Origin: Longimicrobiales bacterium
GTDB taxonomy: Bacteria; Gemmatimonadota; Gemmatimonadetes; Longimicrobiales; RSA9
Assembly: GCA_035461105.1 (NCBI GenBank)
Contig: DATHVV010000129.1
Location: 18,140 to 82,139, forward strand
DNA: 64,000 nucleotides
Direction: 5' to 3'
The notes under the pieces: generated by a model
What the model saw: the letters and a program-made list of their open reading frames with translations, nothing else
What the model was told of the DNA's origin: nothing
Database searches by the model: none
Made by a program: the position numbers and the translations under genes
Part shown: piece by piece, positions 1 to 10,391 of the stretch
How the letters are laid out: the number at the start of each line of letters is the position of its first letter
How positions within the stretch are numbered: the first letter of the stretch is position 1

Positions 1-1087
<1,087 letters not shown>

Positions 1088-1369
1088 TCAGGAGCGCCGC
1101 GCGCTCCACAGCGCGCCCGCCAGCGCAGCCACCACGGTAATGGCGCTGACGATGAGCCAGGTCTTCATGAACGGCAGCCCGGTGAAGCGCAGCAACAGCG
1201 CGATCAGGGCCGCGCCGGCGAGGGCGATCACCAGGCCCGCCGCGAAGAAGCTCACCGTGAGCACCGAGGCTTTGCGGATGATGCGCTGTCGTGCGCGCGC
1301 CGCTTCCTCGGTTCGTGGATCAGGTCTCGTCACCGAGCCACTCCGAGAGCGGCGCGCGCCGTTCCGCAC
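1088..1369 (-). CDS. small hypothetical membrane protein (two predicted TM helices)
   Basis: ORF-track 93 aa with two hydrophobic stretches (VLTVSFFAAGLVIALAGAALIALLL and WLIVSAITVVAALAGALW). The GTG start at 1369 overlaps the hisS 3' end by 50 nt. An in-frame GTG at 1330 is an alternative start. No recognisable family. Confidence 0.4.
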   Translation of the reverse strand: MRNGARRSRSGSVTRPDPRTEEAARARQRIIRKASVLTVSFFAAGLVIALAGAALIALLLRFTGLPFMKTWLIVSAITVVAALAGALWSARRS

Positions 1370-2606
1370 CGCTCGCCATGGTCCGCTCGACGAGCACGCC
1401 GGCCGCCAGCTCCTCGGGTCCGAGCACGAGCACGCGGGCGGCGCCGCGAGCGTCCGCCTCCTTGAACTGCTTGCCGACGCCGACCGGACGCAGGGCGTAG
1501 AGCACTGATGCGCCGCGGGCGCGCAGTGCCCCGGCGACGCGCAGCAGCGTGGGTCGCTCGGCGGCGCTGACGGCGACCAGATAGTAGTCGACGCACGGAC
1601 GCGGATCGGGCAGCAGGCCGCGGTCCGCGAGCAGCTCGCCGAGCACGACGTCGCCCATCCCGAAGCCGACCCCCGGCAGGTCGATCGCGCCCACGTTCTG
1701 GAGCAGGTTGTCGTAGCGGCCGCCGCCGCAGATCGCGCGCAGCTCGCCCTGGCGGTCGAAGATCTCGAAGACGGTGCCCGTGTAGTAGGCGAGCCCGCGC
1801 ACGATCGCCGGGTCGAAGCGTACCCAGTCGGCGAAGCCGAGATCGCCGAGGCGCGCGGCGTACTCCTCGAGCCGGTCCAGTGCCGCCGCGACGTTCGGAT
1901 CGCCGCCGTGGCGCGCCCGCAAGCCGGCCAGGTCGTAGCCGCCGAAGATCGCGAGTACGCGCTCGGCGACGTCCGCCGCCAGCGCCACGTCCGTCCCCAG
2001 TCGGTCGCGGATCCCCTCGGGCGGCTCGCGGGTGAGCTTGTCGATCACGCTGTAGGTGGCGAGCAGGCGGTCGCCGGGCACCCCGGCACCGAGCAGCAGG
2101 GCCTCGAGCAGCCGCCGGTCGTTGAACCGCGCGACCACGTCAGCGGCCGTCAGGCCGAGCGCCCGCAACCCGTCCAGTGCTACCGCCAGTACCTCGGCGT
2201 CGGCGGCAACGTCGTCTTCTGCGAGGATGTCGACGTTCCACTGGAAGTGCTCGCGCAACCGGCCCCGTTGCGTCCGCTCGTAGCGGAACAGCTGCGGCGT
2301 CGAGAACCAGCGGATCGGCTTGCGCAGGCCACCCGCGCGGGCCGCCACCATGCGCGCGAGCGTCGGCGTCATTTCCGGACGCAGTGCCACGGCGCGCCCA
2401 CCCTTGTCCTCGAAGCTGTAGAGCTGGCGCACGATTTCGTCGCCGCTCTTCTCCGTGTAGAGATCGAGCGTCTCCAGCGGCGGACCGTCGTACTCCTCGA
2501 ACCCGTAGCGGCGCGCCACCTCGCGCCAGGCACCCATGATGTGGGAGCGGACCGACAGCTCGGCCGGATAGAAGTCCCGGAAGCCGGGCAGGCTTGTGTG
2601 CAACAT
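1320..2606 (-). CDS. hisS: histidyl-tRNA synthetase
   Basis: 428 aa. MLHTSLPGFRDFYPAEL...ALRPEMTPTLARMV... has the class-II HisRS motifs at full length. Confidence 0.97.
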   Translation of the reverse strand: MLHTSLPGFRDFYPAELSVRSHIMGAWREVARRYGFEEYDGPPLETLDLYTEKSGDEIVRQLYSFEDKGGRAVALRPEMTPTLARMVAARAGGLRKPIRWFSTPQLFRYERTQRGRLREHFQWNVDILAEDDVAADAEVLAVALDGLRALGLTAADVVARFNDRRLLEALLLGAGVPGDRLLATYSVIDKLTREPPEGIRDRLGTDVALAADVAERVLAIFGGYDLAGLRARHGGDPNVAAALDRLEEYAARLGDLGFADWVRFDPAIVRGLAYYTGTVFEIFDRQGELRAICGGGRYDNLLQNVGAIDLPGVGFGMGDVVLGELLADRGLLPDPRPCVDYYLVAVSAAERPTLLRVAGALRARGASVLYALRPVGVGKQFKEADARGAARVLVLGPEELAAGVLVERTMASGAERRAPLSEWLGDET

Positions 2607-2615
2607 CGATGGAAA

Positions 2616-3944
2616 CTAGACCGCGAAATCGACCGGCGGCAAGGTGAGATCGGAGCCGAACGGGCAGCGGCCGAGCATGATCAGCGCGTCGCCCACGGTG
2701 TGGAAGGACCCCGTGACCAGCACGCTTCCGCCGTCCGCTGCGGCCGCGCGCTGCGCCTGCCGCAGGGCGGCGCTGAAATCGGGGATGGCGCGGCCCCTGG
2801 GTGAGGCGATCTCGCGGGCGACGCGTGTCGGGTCCCAGCGCCGCTCCGCCGGCGCGGTCGGTGGCTCGGTGAGCAGGATGCGCTCCGCGACGGCCGAGAG
2901 CCGGCCGATCATGCCGGCCCAGTCCTTGTCGCCCAGCACACCCACCACCGCGGTGAGCGGGCGGGGTACGGGCAGCGCGCCGAGCGCGGCCACCAGCGCT
3001 TCCACGCCCGCGACGTTGTGGGCAACGTCCAAGAGCCACGGCACGCCGGCGATCCGCTCCCGCTGGAGCCGACCGGGCCAGCGCACCGCAGCGACGCCCT
3101 GCACGATCGCCGCATCGTCGGGACGCAGCCCGGCCGGCAGCTCGGCCAGGGCGCGCACCGCGAGCGCCACATTCCCGGCCTGGTGTGCGCCCAGCAGCGG
3201 CGTGGTCAGCCGCAGCGCACCGGCGGGACGCGCGACGCGCAGCACGGTTCCGTCCAGCGTCATGCTCTCGATCGTATAATCGTGGGGCCCCAGCGCGACC
3301 AGCGGCGCGCGCACCTCGGCGGCCCGCCAGCGGAAGACGTCGTGGGCCACGCCGGTCCACTCCCCGGTCGCGACCGGGACGCCCGCTTTGATGATCCCCG
3401 CCTTCTCGCGCGCCACCGCTTCCACGGTCGAGCCCAGGTACTGGACGTGATCGAGCGACACGTTGGTCAGCACGCAGACCGCCGGGATGATCACGTTGGT
3501 CGCGTCCAGCCGGCCGCCCAGGCCGACCTCGATCACGGCGGCATCGACCTGCGCTTCTGCGAGCGCGAGCAGCGCGATCGCGGTAGTGGCCTCGAAGAAG
3601 GATGGGCGCTCCTGCCGGATCGCCGGCCACAGCCGCTCGGCGGCCGCCAGCAGCGCCTGCTCCTCGATCGCCGCCCCCGCGACCTGGACCCGTTCCCGGA
3701 ACGTGCACAGGTGCGGCGAGGTGTAGAGGCCGACGCGTCGGCCGGCGGCATGGAGCACGCTCGCCAGGGTGGCGGCGACCGAGCCCTTGCCGTTCGTGCC
3801 GCCGACATGGAGGGCCGGATAGCGGAGCTGGGGATTACCAACGCCGGCGAGCATGCGGAGGGTTCGCTCCAGGCCCCAGCGGATGCCGCCCGTGAGCCTG
3901 GGGAACAGCTCCGCGACCAGCGCGTCGTAGCTGAGAGTGCTCAA
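2616..3944 (-). CDS. folC: bifunctional folylpolyglutamate synthase / dihydrofolate synthase
   Basis: 442 aa. Mur-ligase-type P-loop HVGGTNGKGSV. Sits directly after accD, the same accD-folC order as in E. coli. Confidence 0.92.
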   Translation of the reverse strand: MSTLSYDALVAELFPRLTGGIRWGLERTLRMLAGVGNPQLRYPALHVGGTNGKGSVAATLASVLHAAGRRVGLYTSPHLCTFRERVQVAGAAIEEQALLAAAERLWPAIRQERPSFFEATTAIALLALAEAQVDAAVIEVGLGGRLDATNVIIPAVCVLTNVSLDHVQYLGSTVEAVAREKAGIIKAGVPVATGEWTGVAHDVFRWRAAEVRAPLVALGPHDYTIESMTLDGTVLRVARPAGALRLTTPLLGAHQAGNVALAVRALAELPAGLRPDDAAIVQGVAAVRWPGRLQRERIAGVPWLLDVAHNVAGVEALVAALGALPVPRPLTAVVGVLGDKDWAGMIGRLSAVAERILLTEPPTAPAERRWDPTRVAREIASPRGRAIPDFSAALRQAQRAAAADGGSVLVTGSFHTVGDALIMLGRCPFGSDLTLPPVDFAV

Positions 3945-3955
3945 GCGCTGCGCGC

Positions 3956-4831
3956 TCAGGGAGCGGGCGGCACCGACGCTGCCTGCTCGGGCCGGTTCAG
4001 CATGTGGCGCAGCAGCCGACCGATCGTGAGCTTGAGCTCGCGCCGGTCCACGATCATGTCCACCATGCCATGCTCGAGCAGGAACTCCGAGCGCTGGAAC
4101 CCGGCCGGCAGCTCCTGCTTGATGGTCTGCTCGATCACGCGCGGTCCGGCAAAGCCGATCAATGCGCCGGGCTCCGCCAGATGCACGTCGCCGAGCATCG
4201 CGTACGAGGCGGTCACCCCGCCGGTGGTCGGGTCGGTCAGCACCGAGATGAAGGGGATGGACGCCTCGTGCAGCTGGGCCAGCACCGCCGAGGTCTTCGC
4301 CATCTGCATGAGGGAGAGGATTCCCTCCATCATGCGTGCGCCGCCTGATGTCGAGACCACGATCAGCGGGCGCCGCTCGGCCAGCGAGACATGCCCCAGC
4401 CGGGCGATCTTCTCACCGACCACGCTGCCCATGCTGCCGCCGATGAACGCGAAGTCCATGACGGCAATGCTGACCGGGATCGCCTCGAGCACGCCCGTCA
4501 CGGTGCGTACCGCGTCGCCTGGGCCATGCTGCCGCTCTGCCGCCTGCAGGCGGTCGGGATACGGCTTCAGGTCCACGAACTGGAGCGGGTCGGCGCTGCG
4601 TAGCTCGAGACCGTGCTCCTGGTACGCGCCCTCGTCGAGCAGCAGCACCAGATATTCCTCAGCGGAGATCCGGTTGTGGTAGCCGCAGGTCGGGCAGACG
4701 AACAGGTTCTGCTCCAGGCGCGCGCGGTAAAGAATCTCGCCACACTGGGGACACTTGTCGAAGACGTCGGAGGGCAGGTCGCGCCGGTCGCTCCCGCTCA
4801 GCTTCTGTTTCGGCTTCCGGAACCAGGCCAT
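3956..4831 (-). CDS. accD: acetyl-CoA carboxylase carboxyltransferase beta subunit
   Basis: 291 aa. N-terminal Zn-ribbon CPQCGEILY...CPTCGYH followed by a carboxyltransferase domain. Confidence 0.95.
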   Translation of the reverse strand: MAWFRKPKQKLSGSDRRDLPSDVFDKCPQCGEILYRARLEQNLFVCPTCGYHNRISAEEYLVLLLDEGAYQEHGLELRSADPLQFVDLKPYPDRLQAAERQHGPGDAVRTVTGVLEAIPVSIAVMDFAFIGGSMGSVVGEKIARLGHVSLAERRPLIVVSTSGGARMMEGILSLMQMAKTSAVLAQLHEASIPFISVLTDPTTGGVTASYAMLGDVHLAEPGALIGFAGPRVIEQTIKQELPAGFQRSEFLLEHGMVDMIVDRRELKLTIGRLLRHMLNRPEQAASVPPAP

Positions 4832-4832
4832 C

Positions 4833-6077
4833 TCAGATTCTCCCCTGCTCCAGCCCGACGCGCTGGGCCACGCCCAGGGCCATGTAGGTCGCCAGCAGGA
4901 ACGAGCCGCCGTAGCTCAGGAACGGCAGCGGAATGCCGGTGATCGGCATGACGCCGAGCGTCATGCCCACATTGACCAGGATGTGGGTGAGCCAGGCTCC
5001 CAGTATACCGAACACGACGATCCCCGCGAAGGGGTCCGGAGTTCGCTCGGCGAGCCGCGCCAGCCGCCACAGGATCACCAGGTACCCGAGCAGCACCAGC
5101 CCGGCGCCCCACAGGCCCAGCTCCTCGCCGATCACGCTGTAGATGAAATCGGTGTGCTGCTCCGGCAGGAACTTGAGCCGCTTCTGCGGCCCCTCCAGCC
5201 AGCCCTGGCCCAGCACGCCGCCGCTGCCAATGGAGATTTTGGACTGGATGACGTGATAGCCGGTGCCGCGCGGATCGCGGGACGGATCGACGAACGAGAT
5301 GAACCGGTTCTGCTGGTATGGCTTCAGCGAGTTCCAGAGCGGCCAGGCGATCGCACCCGTGACCACGTTCAGCGCGAGGATCAAGGCCCACTCCGAGAGG
5401 CTGGCCCGGTACAGGTACAGGAAGACGCAGAGCAGGATCATGTAGACGCTGTACGTCGCCGTGCCGACATAGCCCAGCGCCAGCCCGACCAGCGGACTGA
5501 GCAGCATGAACATGAGCCCGAGCGGCGCGCCGGCCCAGAAGAGGGTCGCCAGCAGCACACCGCCGAAAACCATGGCGGTGCCGAGGTCCGGCTGGGCCAG
5601 AATCATGAGCATGGGCACGATCGAGATCACGATCGGCTTCCACAGCCGCCAGATCGTTTCCGGCTTCTCGCGCCAGGCGCCCATGACCCGTGCCAGCATG
5701 AGCACGGTCGCGACGTTCGCGAACTGGGAGGGTTGCACCGAGACCGGACCCAGGCGCAGCCAGCTCTTGGTGCTGGCGGCGGTGCCCGCGCCCGTGCCGA
5801 TGACCAGCGTGGCGGCGAGCACGCCGAGGCTCACGATGTAGAGCGGCAGCGCCAGCCATTCCAGCCAGCGCACCGGCACGCGCATGACGATGAAGAAAAT
5901 GGTCAGCGAGATGAACAGCCAGACGAGCTGCATCCGCCAGGCGTTGGTGACGGCGGGGTCGGGCTGATCGAGCTGGCCGGCCGAGTACACCATCGCCACG
6001 CCGAACAGCGTCATGAGCAGCACCGTCGAGACCAGCGGCGGGTCGCCGAAGCTGCCGCGCAGCCGATTCAGGAACAT
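4833..6077 (-). CDS. rodA: SEDS-family peptidoglycan glycosyltransferase RodA
   Basis: 414 aa polytopic membrane protein. FtsW/RodA signature ...SKISIGSGGVLGQGWLEGPQKRLKFLPEQHTDFIYSVIGEELG... Lies directly downstream of mreD. Confidence 0.9.
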   Translation of the reverse strand: MFLNRLRGSFGDPPLVSTVLLMTLFGVAMVYSAGQLDQPDPAVTNAWRMQLVWLFISLTIFFIVMRVPVRWLEWLALPLYIVSLGVLAATLVIGTGAGTAASTKSWLRLGPVSVQPSQFANVATVLMLARVMGAWREKPETIWRLWKPIVISIVPMLMILAQPDLGTAMVFGGVLLATLFWAGAPLGLMFMLLSPLVGLALGYVGTATYSVYMILLCVFLYLYRASLSEWALILALNVVTGAIAWPLWNSLKPYQQNRFISFVDPSRDPRGTGYHVIQSKISIGSGGVLGQGWLEGPQKRLKFLPEQHTDFIYSVIGEELGLWGAGLVLLGYLVILWRLARLAERTPDPFAGIVVFGILGAWLTHILVNVGMTLGVMPITGIPLPFLSYGGSFLLATYMALGVAQRVGLEQGRI

Positions 6078-6080
6078 GAC

Positions 6081-6578
6081 TCAGCGTCCCCGATGTTCGC
6101 CGACCAGCGCACGGTAGACCGCCAGCGCGAGCACGCCCGCCACGGCGGTGATCAGCGCGCGCAGCGGCGCCTCGGCGAGCAGGCTGCCCCAGGGCCGGCC
6201 CGCCGGGCCACCCGCGGGCGCGACCAGCAGGTAGATCGCATCCGCCAGCCACTTCCCGATGAACACGTAGAGGCCGATGAACCCCAGGCTGCCGCCCTCG
6301 AACAGGTCGCGCGAGCGGGAGCCGAGCCAGGCGACTGCCACCAGCGCGACCGCGCTGGCGCCGAACGCGTTCAGCGAAAGCGCATCCGCCAGCAACCCGA
6401 GCACGAGGCCGAGCAGCGCCGCCCGCGGGCTGCTCAGCCGCCGTGCGCTCAACAGCACCGCAACCGCGATCAGGTCGGGGGTGTTCGCGCCCCAGCCGAA
6501 CCCGACGTGCAGCGCCAGGTGAAGCAGGACGAGCACCGCGACGAAGGTGCTGAACGCACGGTTGTCACGCGCAGCCAT
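6081..6578 (-). CDS. mreD: rod shape-determining protein MreD
   Basis: 165 aa hydrophobic protein between mreC and rodA. The call rests on size, hydrophobicity and position. Confidence 0.7.
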   Translation of the reverse strand: MAARDNRAFSTFVAVLVLLHLALHVGFGWGANTPDLIAVAVLLSARRLSSPRAALLGLVLGLLADALSLNAFGASAVALVAVAWLGSRSRDLFEGGSLGFIGLYVFIGKWLADAIYLLVAPAGGPAGRPWGSLLAEAPLRALITAVAGVLALAVYRALVGEHRGR

Positions 6579-7471
6579 CAGTTGCCTCCCGGCTGCGCTG
6601 CGGCGCTGGTGTCCTGCAGCTCAGGGTCGGGCGGCGCCGCCACGTGCCAGACGTCGGAGAGGTCACCCGCCGGCGCGATCCCGACCAGCACCTGGCGCGA
6701 TCCTTCCGGCCGTACCGCCGGCCGGATCAGGTAGCTCTTGCGCCAGCCCGTGTCAGCGTCCTCGATGCCGAGCACGGTGCCGATCATGACCCCGCGCGGG
6801 AAGACCGCTCCCCGTCCCGATGTGACGACCCGCGTGCCCGGCTGGATGTCGCTGTGAAAGGGGGCCCCGGTGAGTACCAGCAGGTCCTCTTCCCGGAACC
6901 GGCCGCGGCGCGCCTCCACCAGGCCGTAGGCACTCCCGTTCGCCGTCATCGCGCTGACCACGAACTGCGGGTGGGTCCAGTCGATCGCCTGTGCGATGTT
7001 CTGCCTGACTTCCCAGACGACGCCGAGCACCCCTTCCGGCGTCAGGATCGGACTGCCCTCCGTCACTCCCTCGCCCGCGCCGATGTCGATCAGGAACGTG
7101 CTCTCCGCTCCGGCCGTGCCGAGCCGGAGCACGTTCGCGGAGCGGAAGCTCGACTGCAGCCGCTCACGCAGCCCCACCGTCGCGCGTAGCTGCGCGTTCT
7201 CTTCCGCGAGCGCGGCCTGCGCCGCGACCAGGGCCACGAGGGAGTCGCGCTGCGCCCGCAGCGCGCCCACATCCACGCCGCGGCCGCGCCGCTGGGCCAG
7301 CTGCGCCTGCGCTCCGATGAAGGGACGCAGCACGGTCGCACGCAGGGCGGTACGCACCGGCTGCTGATAGGCCGCGGGCAGGATCAGGACGAGGAGGGCG
7401 AGCAGCAGGATGCCGCCGCTCAGAGCGGCGTCGCGCCGTCGTGTCTTTCTGCTGCCGTCGAAATCCAGCAC
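6578..7471 (-). CDS. mreC: rod shape-determining protein MreC
   Basis: 297 aa. N-terminal TM segment, a coiled-coil (AAQAALAEENAQLR) and then a beta-rich domain. Lies downstream of mreB. Confidence 0.85.
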   Translation of the reverse strand: MLDFDGSRKTRRRDAALSGGILLLALLVLILPAAYQQPVRTALRATVLRPFIGAQAQLAQRRGRGVDVGALRAQRDSLVALVAAQAALAEENAQLRATVGLRERLQSSFRSANVLRLGTAGAESTFLIDIGAGEGVTEGSPILTPEGVLGVVWEVRQNIAQAIDWTHPQFVVSAMTANGSAYGLVEARRGRFREEDLLVLTGAPFHSDIQPGTRVVTSGRGAVFPRGVMIGTVLGIEDADTGWRKSYLIRPAVRPEGSRQVLVGIAPAGDLSDVWHVAAPPDPELQDTSAAAQPGGN

Positions 7472-7606
7472 CTGGTGTCCCGATTCGGAAGTCTCTCAGC
7501 CGCGGGAGCGCCGTTCGACCCCGCCACCGCCCACCCCGCGTGCGAGTTCGCACACTTCGCGCCCGCAGGGACACGAGGGCGCGAACCGCCCGCCGACCAC
7601 GGGACC

Positions 7607-8647
7607 TCAGTTCTGCAGCACGCTGCGGAAACGTTCGAATTCGTCGAGGATCCGGCCCGCCCCGCGCACCACGCAGGTGAGCGGTTCCTCGTCAATGTGG
7701 ATGGGCAGATCAGTTTCGTGGGCCAGCAGCAGGTCCAGCCCGCGAATCAGCGCACCACCCCCGGTCATCACGATGCCGCGATCGACGATGTCGGAGGCCA
7801 GCTCGGGCGGTGTGATCTCGAGGGCGCGCCGCACCGCGTCGACGATCTGCTGAATCGGCTCCTGGATGCATTCGCGGATCTCCTGAGAGTGCACGCGCAC
7901 CGTCTTCGGGATGCCGCTCACCAGGTCGCGTCCCTTGACCTCCATCTCACGCTCGTCGCCGTTGTTGAACGCCGAGCCGATCTGGATCTTGATCGCTTCC
8001 GCCGTCGGCTCGCCGATCAGCAGGTTGTAGTTCTTTCGCAGGAAGCTCACGATCGCGTTGTCGATCTCGTCGCCGCCTACCCGGATCGAGTTGTCGGAGA
8101 CGATGCCGTTGAGCGCGATGACCGCGATTTCGGTGGTGCCGCCGCCAATGTCGATGACCATGTTCCCGGTCGGCGTATCCACCGGCAGACCCACGCCGAT
8201 CGCCGCAGCCATCGGCTCCGCGACCATGTAGACTTCCTTCGCGCCCGACGCCTGCGCACTCTGCCGCACGGCGCGACGCTCCAGCTCGGTGATGCCGGAG
8301 GGGACGCCCACGATCACACGCGGCTTCATCCGCAGGAAGCGCTTGCTCGTCACCTGCCGCAGGAAGTGCCGCAGCATCATCTCGGTGATGTCGACGTCGG
8401 CGATCACGCCGTCCTTGAGCGGCCGCACCGCCATGATGCCCTCGGGTGTGCGGCCCAGCATGCGCTTCGCCTCCAGGCCGATCCCCTTGATCCGGTGCGT
8501 GCCCCGTTCCACCGCGACCACGGAGGGCTCGTTGAGGACGATCCCCTCGCCTTTCACGTAGACGAGCGTGTTGGCCGTGCCCAGGTCGACGGCGATGTCG
8601 TTGACGGGCAGCAGTCGCCCTGTGCTAAACATGTCTCGCAGGCTCAT
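7607..8647 (-). CDS. mreB: rod shape-determining actin homolog MreB
   Basis: 346 aa. ...IAVDLGTANTLVYVKGEGIVLNEPSVVAV...DIGGGTTEIAV... is an actin/Hsp70-fold MreB. Confidence 0.97.
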   Translation of the reverse strand: MSLRDMFSTGRLLPVNDIAVDLGTANTLVYVKGEGIVLNEPSVVAVERGTHRIKGIGLEAKRMLGRTPEGIMAVRPLKDGVIADVDITEMMLRHFLRQVTSKRFLRMKPRVIVGVPSGITELERRAVRQSAQASGAKEVYMVAEPMAAAIGVGLPVDTPTGNMVIDIGGGTTEIAVIALNGIVSDNSIRVGGDEIDNAIVSFLRKNYNLLIGEPTAEAIKIQIGSAFNNGDEREMEVKGRDLVSGIPKTVRVHSQEIRECIQEPIQQIVDAVRRALEITPPELASDIVDRGIVMTGGGALIRGLDLLLAHETDLPIHIDEEPLTCVVRGAGRILDEFERFRSVLQN

Positions 8648-8776
8648 CGTGGTGGCTCGTCGACGCAGACCGGGCGCCGGCGTGAAGGAAGCCCTGGCGC
8701 CACGCCGACAGGCGGGACGCCTTGTAGCAGAAAAAGTTAACCGGGGTGCCGGGGAGCGGCAAGCACACCGCCGCCC

Positions 8777-9259
8777 TCAACGCCCGGTGCTCCCGAAGCC
8801 GCCCGCGCCACGTCCGCTCGCGGGCAGATCCTCCGTCTCCCGCCAGTCGATGCGCACGACGCGGGCGACCAGCAGCTGCGCGATACGCTCACCGTGCGCG
8901 ATCGGCTGAGGGGCACGGTCCAGGTTGATCAGCGGGATGCGGATCTCGCCGCGATAGTCGCTGTCGATGGTGCACGGGGTGTTGATGATGCTGATGCCGT
9001 GCCGGAGCGCGAGACCGGAGCGGGGTCGGATCTGCGCTTCCGTGCCTGCCGGCAGGGCCACGGCGAGGCCGGTGGGCACGAGCCGCCGCTCGAGCGGCTC
9101 GAGCACGAAATCCCCGCCGGCGTTGCGCAGGTCGACGGCTGCGGCGCCGGCCGACGCGTAGGCGGGCAGCGGCCAGTCGGCGGGGTAGCCGGCCAGCTTC
9201 CTGACCAGGACGGTGAGCGCGTCGGCGCCCACCGTCCCACCCGGCGATGGCTCGGTCAC
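8777..9259 (-). CDS. dut: dUTP diphosphatase
   Basis: 160 aa. dUTPase motifs ...IRPRSGLALRHGI...IDSDYRGEI...GERIAQL...GFGSTGR. The GTG start overlaps the ald stop (GTGA). Confidence 0.93.
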   Translation of the reverse strand: MTEPSPGGTVGADALTVLVRKLAGYPADWPLPAYASAGAAAVDLRNAGGDFVLEPLERRLVPTGLAVALPAGTEAQIRPRSGLALRHGISIINTPCTIDSDYRGEIRIPLINLDRAPQPIAHGERIAQLLVARVVRIDWRETEDLPASGRGAGGFGSTGR

Positions 9260-10368
9260 AGCACCTTCTCGACCGGAGTGTAATCCAGGCCGAATGCCTC
9301 GGCGACACCGGGATACACGACCTTGCCCTTGACCACGTTGAGCCCGAGCGCGAGCGCCCGGTCCTGCTTCGAGGCCGCTTTCCAGCCCTTGTTGGCCAGG
9401 GTCAATGTGTACGGGAACGTCGCGTTCGTGAGCGCCAGCGTAGAGGTACGCGACACCGCGCCCGGCATGTTCGCGACCCCGTAGTGGATCACGCCATCGA
9501 CCACGTAGATCGGGTCCTCGTGCGTGGTCGCCCGGATGGTCTCGACGCAGCCGCCCTGGTCGACCGCGACGTCGACGATGACCGAGCCCGGCTTCATGAG
9601 CTTGAGGTCCTCGCGCCGCACCAGATTCGGGGCCTTCGCGCCCGGCAGCAGCACGGCGCCCACGACCACGTCCGCCTTCTGGATCTGCTCGAGGATGTTG
9701 GTCCGGTTCGAGTACAGCATCGTGCAGTTGGCCGGCATCACGTCATCGAGGTAGCGCAGCCGGTTCAGCGAGATATCCAGGATGATCGTGTTGGCGCCCA
9801 TGCCGGCCGCCATCTTGGCCGCATTGATGCCGACGATGCCGCCCCCGAGCACCACCACCGTGGCGGGCTCCACGCCGGGCACGCCGCCCATCAGGATGCC
9901 GCGACCGCCGAAGAACTTCTCCAGGTATTTCGCGCCCTCCTGCACCGCCATCCGCCCCGCCACTTCCGACATCGGTGTCAGCAGCGGCAGCTCGCCGTTG
10001 GGCAGCTGCACGGTCTCGTACGCCAGGTGCACCGAGTCGGAGTCGATGCAGGCGCGGGTGAGCGGGTCGGAGGCGGCGAAATGGAAGTACGTGAAGATGA
10101 GCTGGTCGGGGCGCATGCGCGGCCACTCGGCCGCGATCGGCTCCTTGACCTTGATGATCATCTCGGCCTTCGCCCAGACCTCGTCGGGCGTGTCCAGGAT
10201 GATCGCCCCCGCGGCCTGGTAGGCGCTGTCCCCGAATCCGCTGCCCTCTCCCGCACTCCGCTCGACGTACACCGTGTGACCGGCGGCGACCAGCGCCTCC
10301 GCGCCGCCCGGAACCAGGGCGACCCGGTTCTCGTTCGTCTTGATCTCCTTCGGAACGCCTATGATCAT
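9256..10368 (-). CDS. ald: alanine dehydrogenase
   Basis: 370 aa. MIIGVPKEIKTNENRVALVP... N-terminus and the VVVLGGGIVG Rossmann motif. Confidence 0.95.
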   Translation of the reverse strand: MIIGVPKEIKTNENRVALVPGGAEALVAAGHTVYVERSAGEGSGFGDSAYQAAGAIILDTPDEVWAKAEMIIKVKEPIAAEWPRMRPDQLIFTYFHFAASDPLTRACIDSDSVHLAYETVQLPNGELPLLTPMSEVAGRMAVQEGAKYLEKFFGGRGILMGGVPGVEPATVVVLGGGIVGINAAKMAAGMGANTIILDISLNRLRYLDDVMPANCTMLYSNRTNILEQIQKADVVVGAVLLPGAKAPNLVRREDLKLMKPGSVIVDVAVDQGGCVETIRATTHEDPIYVVDGVIHYGVANMPGAVSRTSTLALTNATFPYTLTLANKGWKAASKQDRALALGLNVVKGKVVYPGVAEAFGLDYTPVEKVL

Positions 10369-10391
10369 GGCCGTCTCTCGCGAGTTGAGGA

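Noticed and set aside
4755-6734. Other very long shadow ORFs: 4755..6734 (+), 2140..3708 (-), 51799..53772 (+), 60833..62758 (-), 58966..60339 (-), 16735..18198 (+) and similar.
   Set aside because: All overlap strongly supported genes in another frame or strand. All give Arg/Pro/Ala/Gly-rich nonsense translations. They are treated as GC-driven artefacts.
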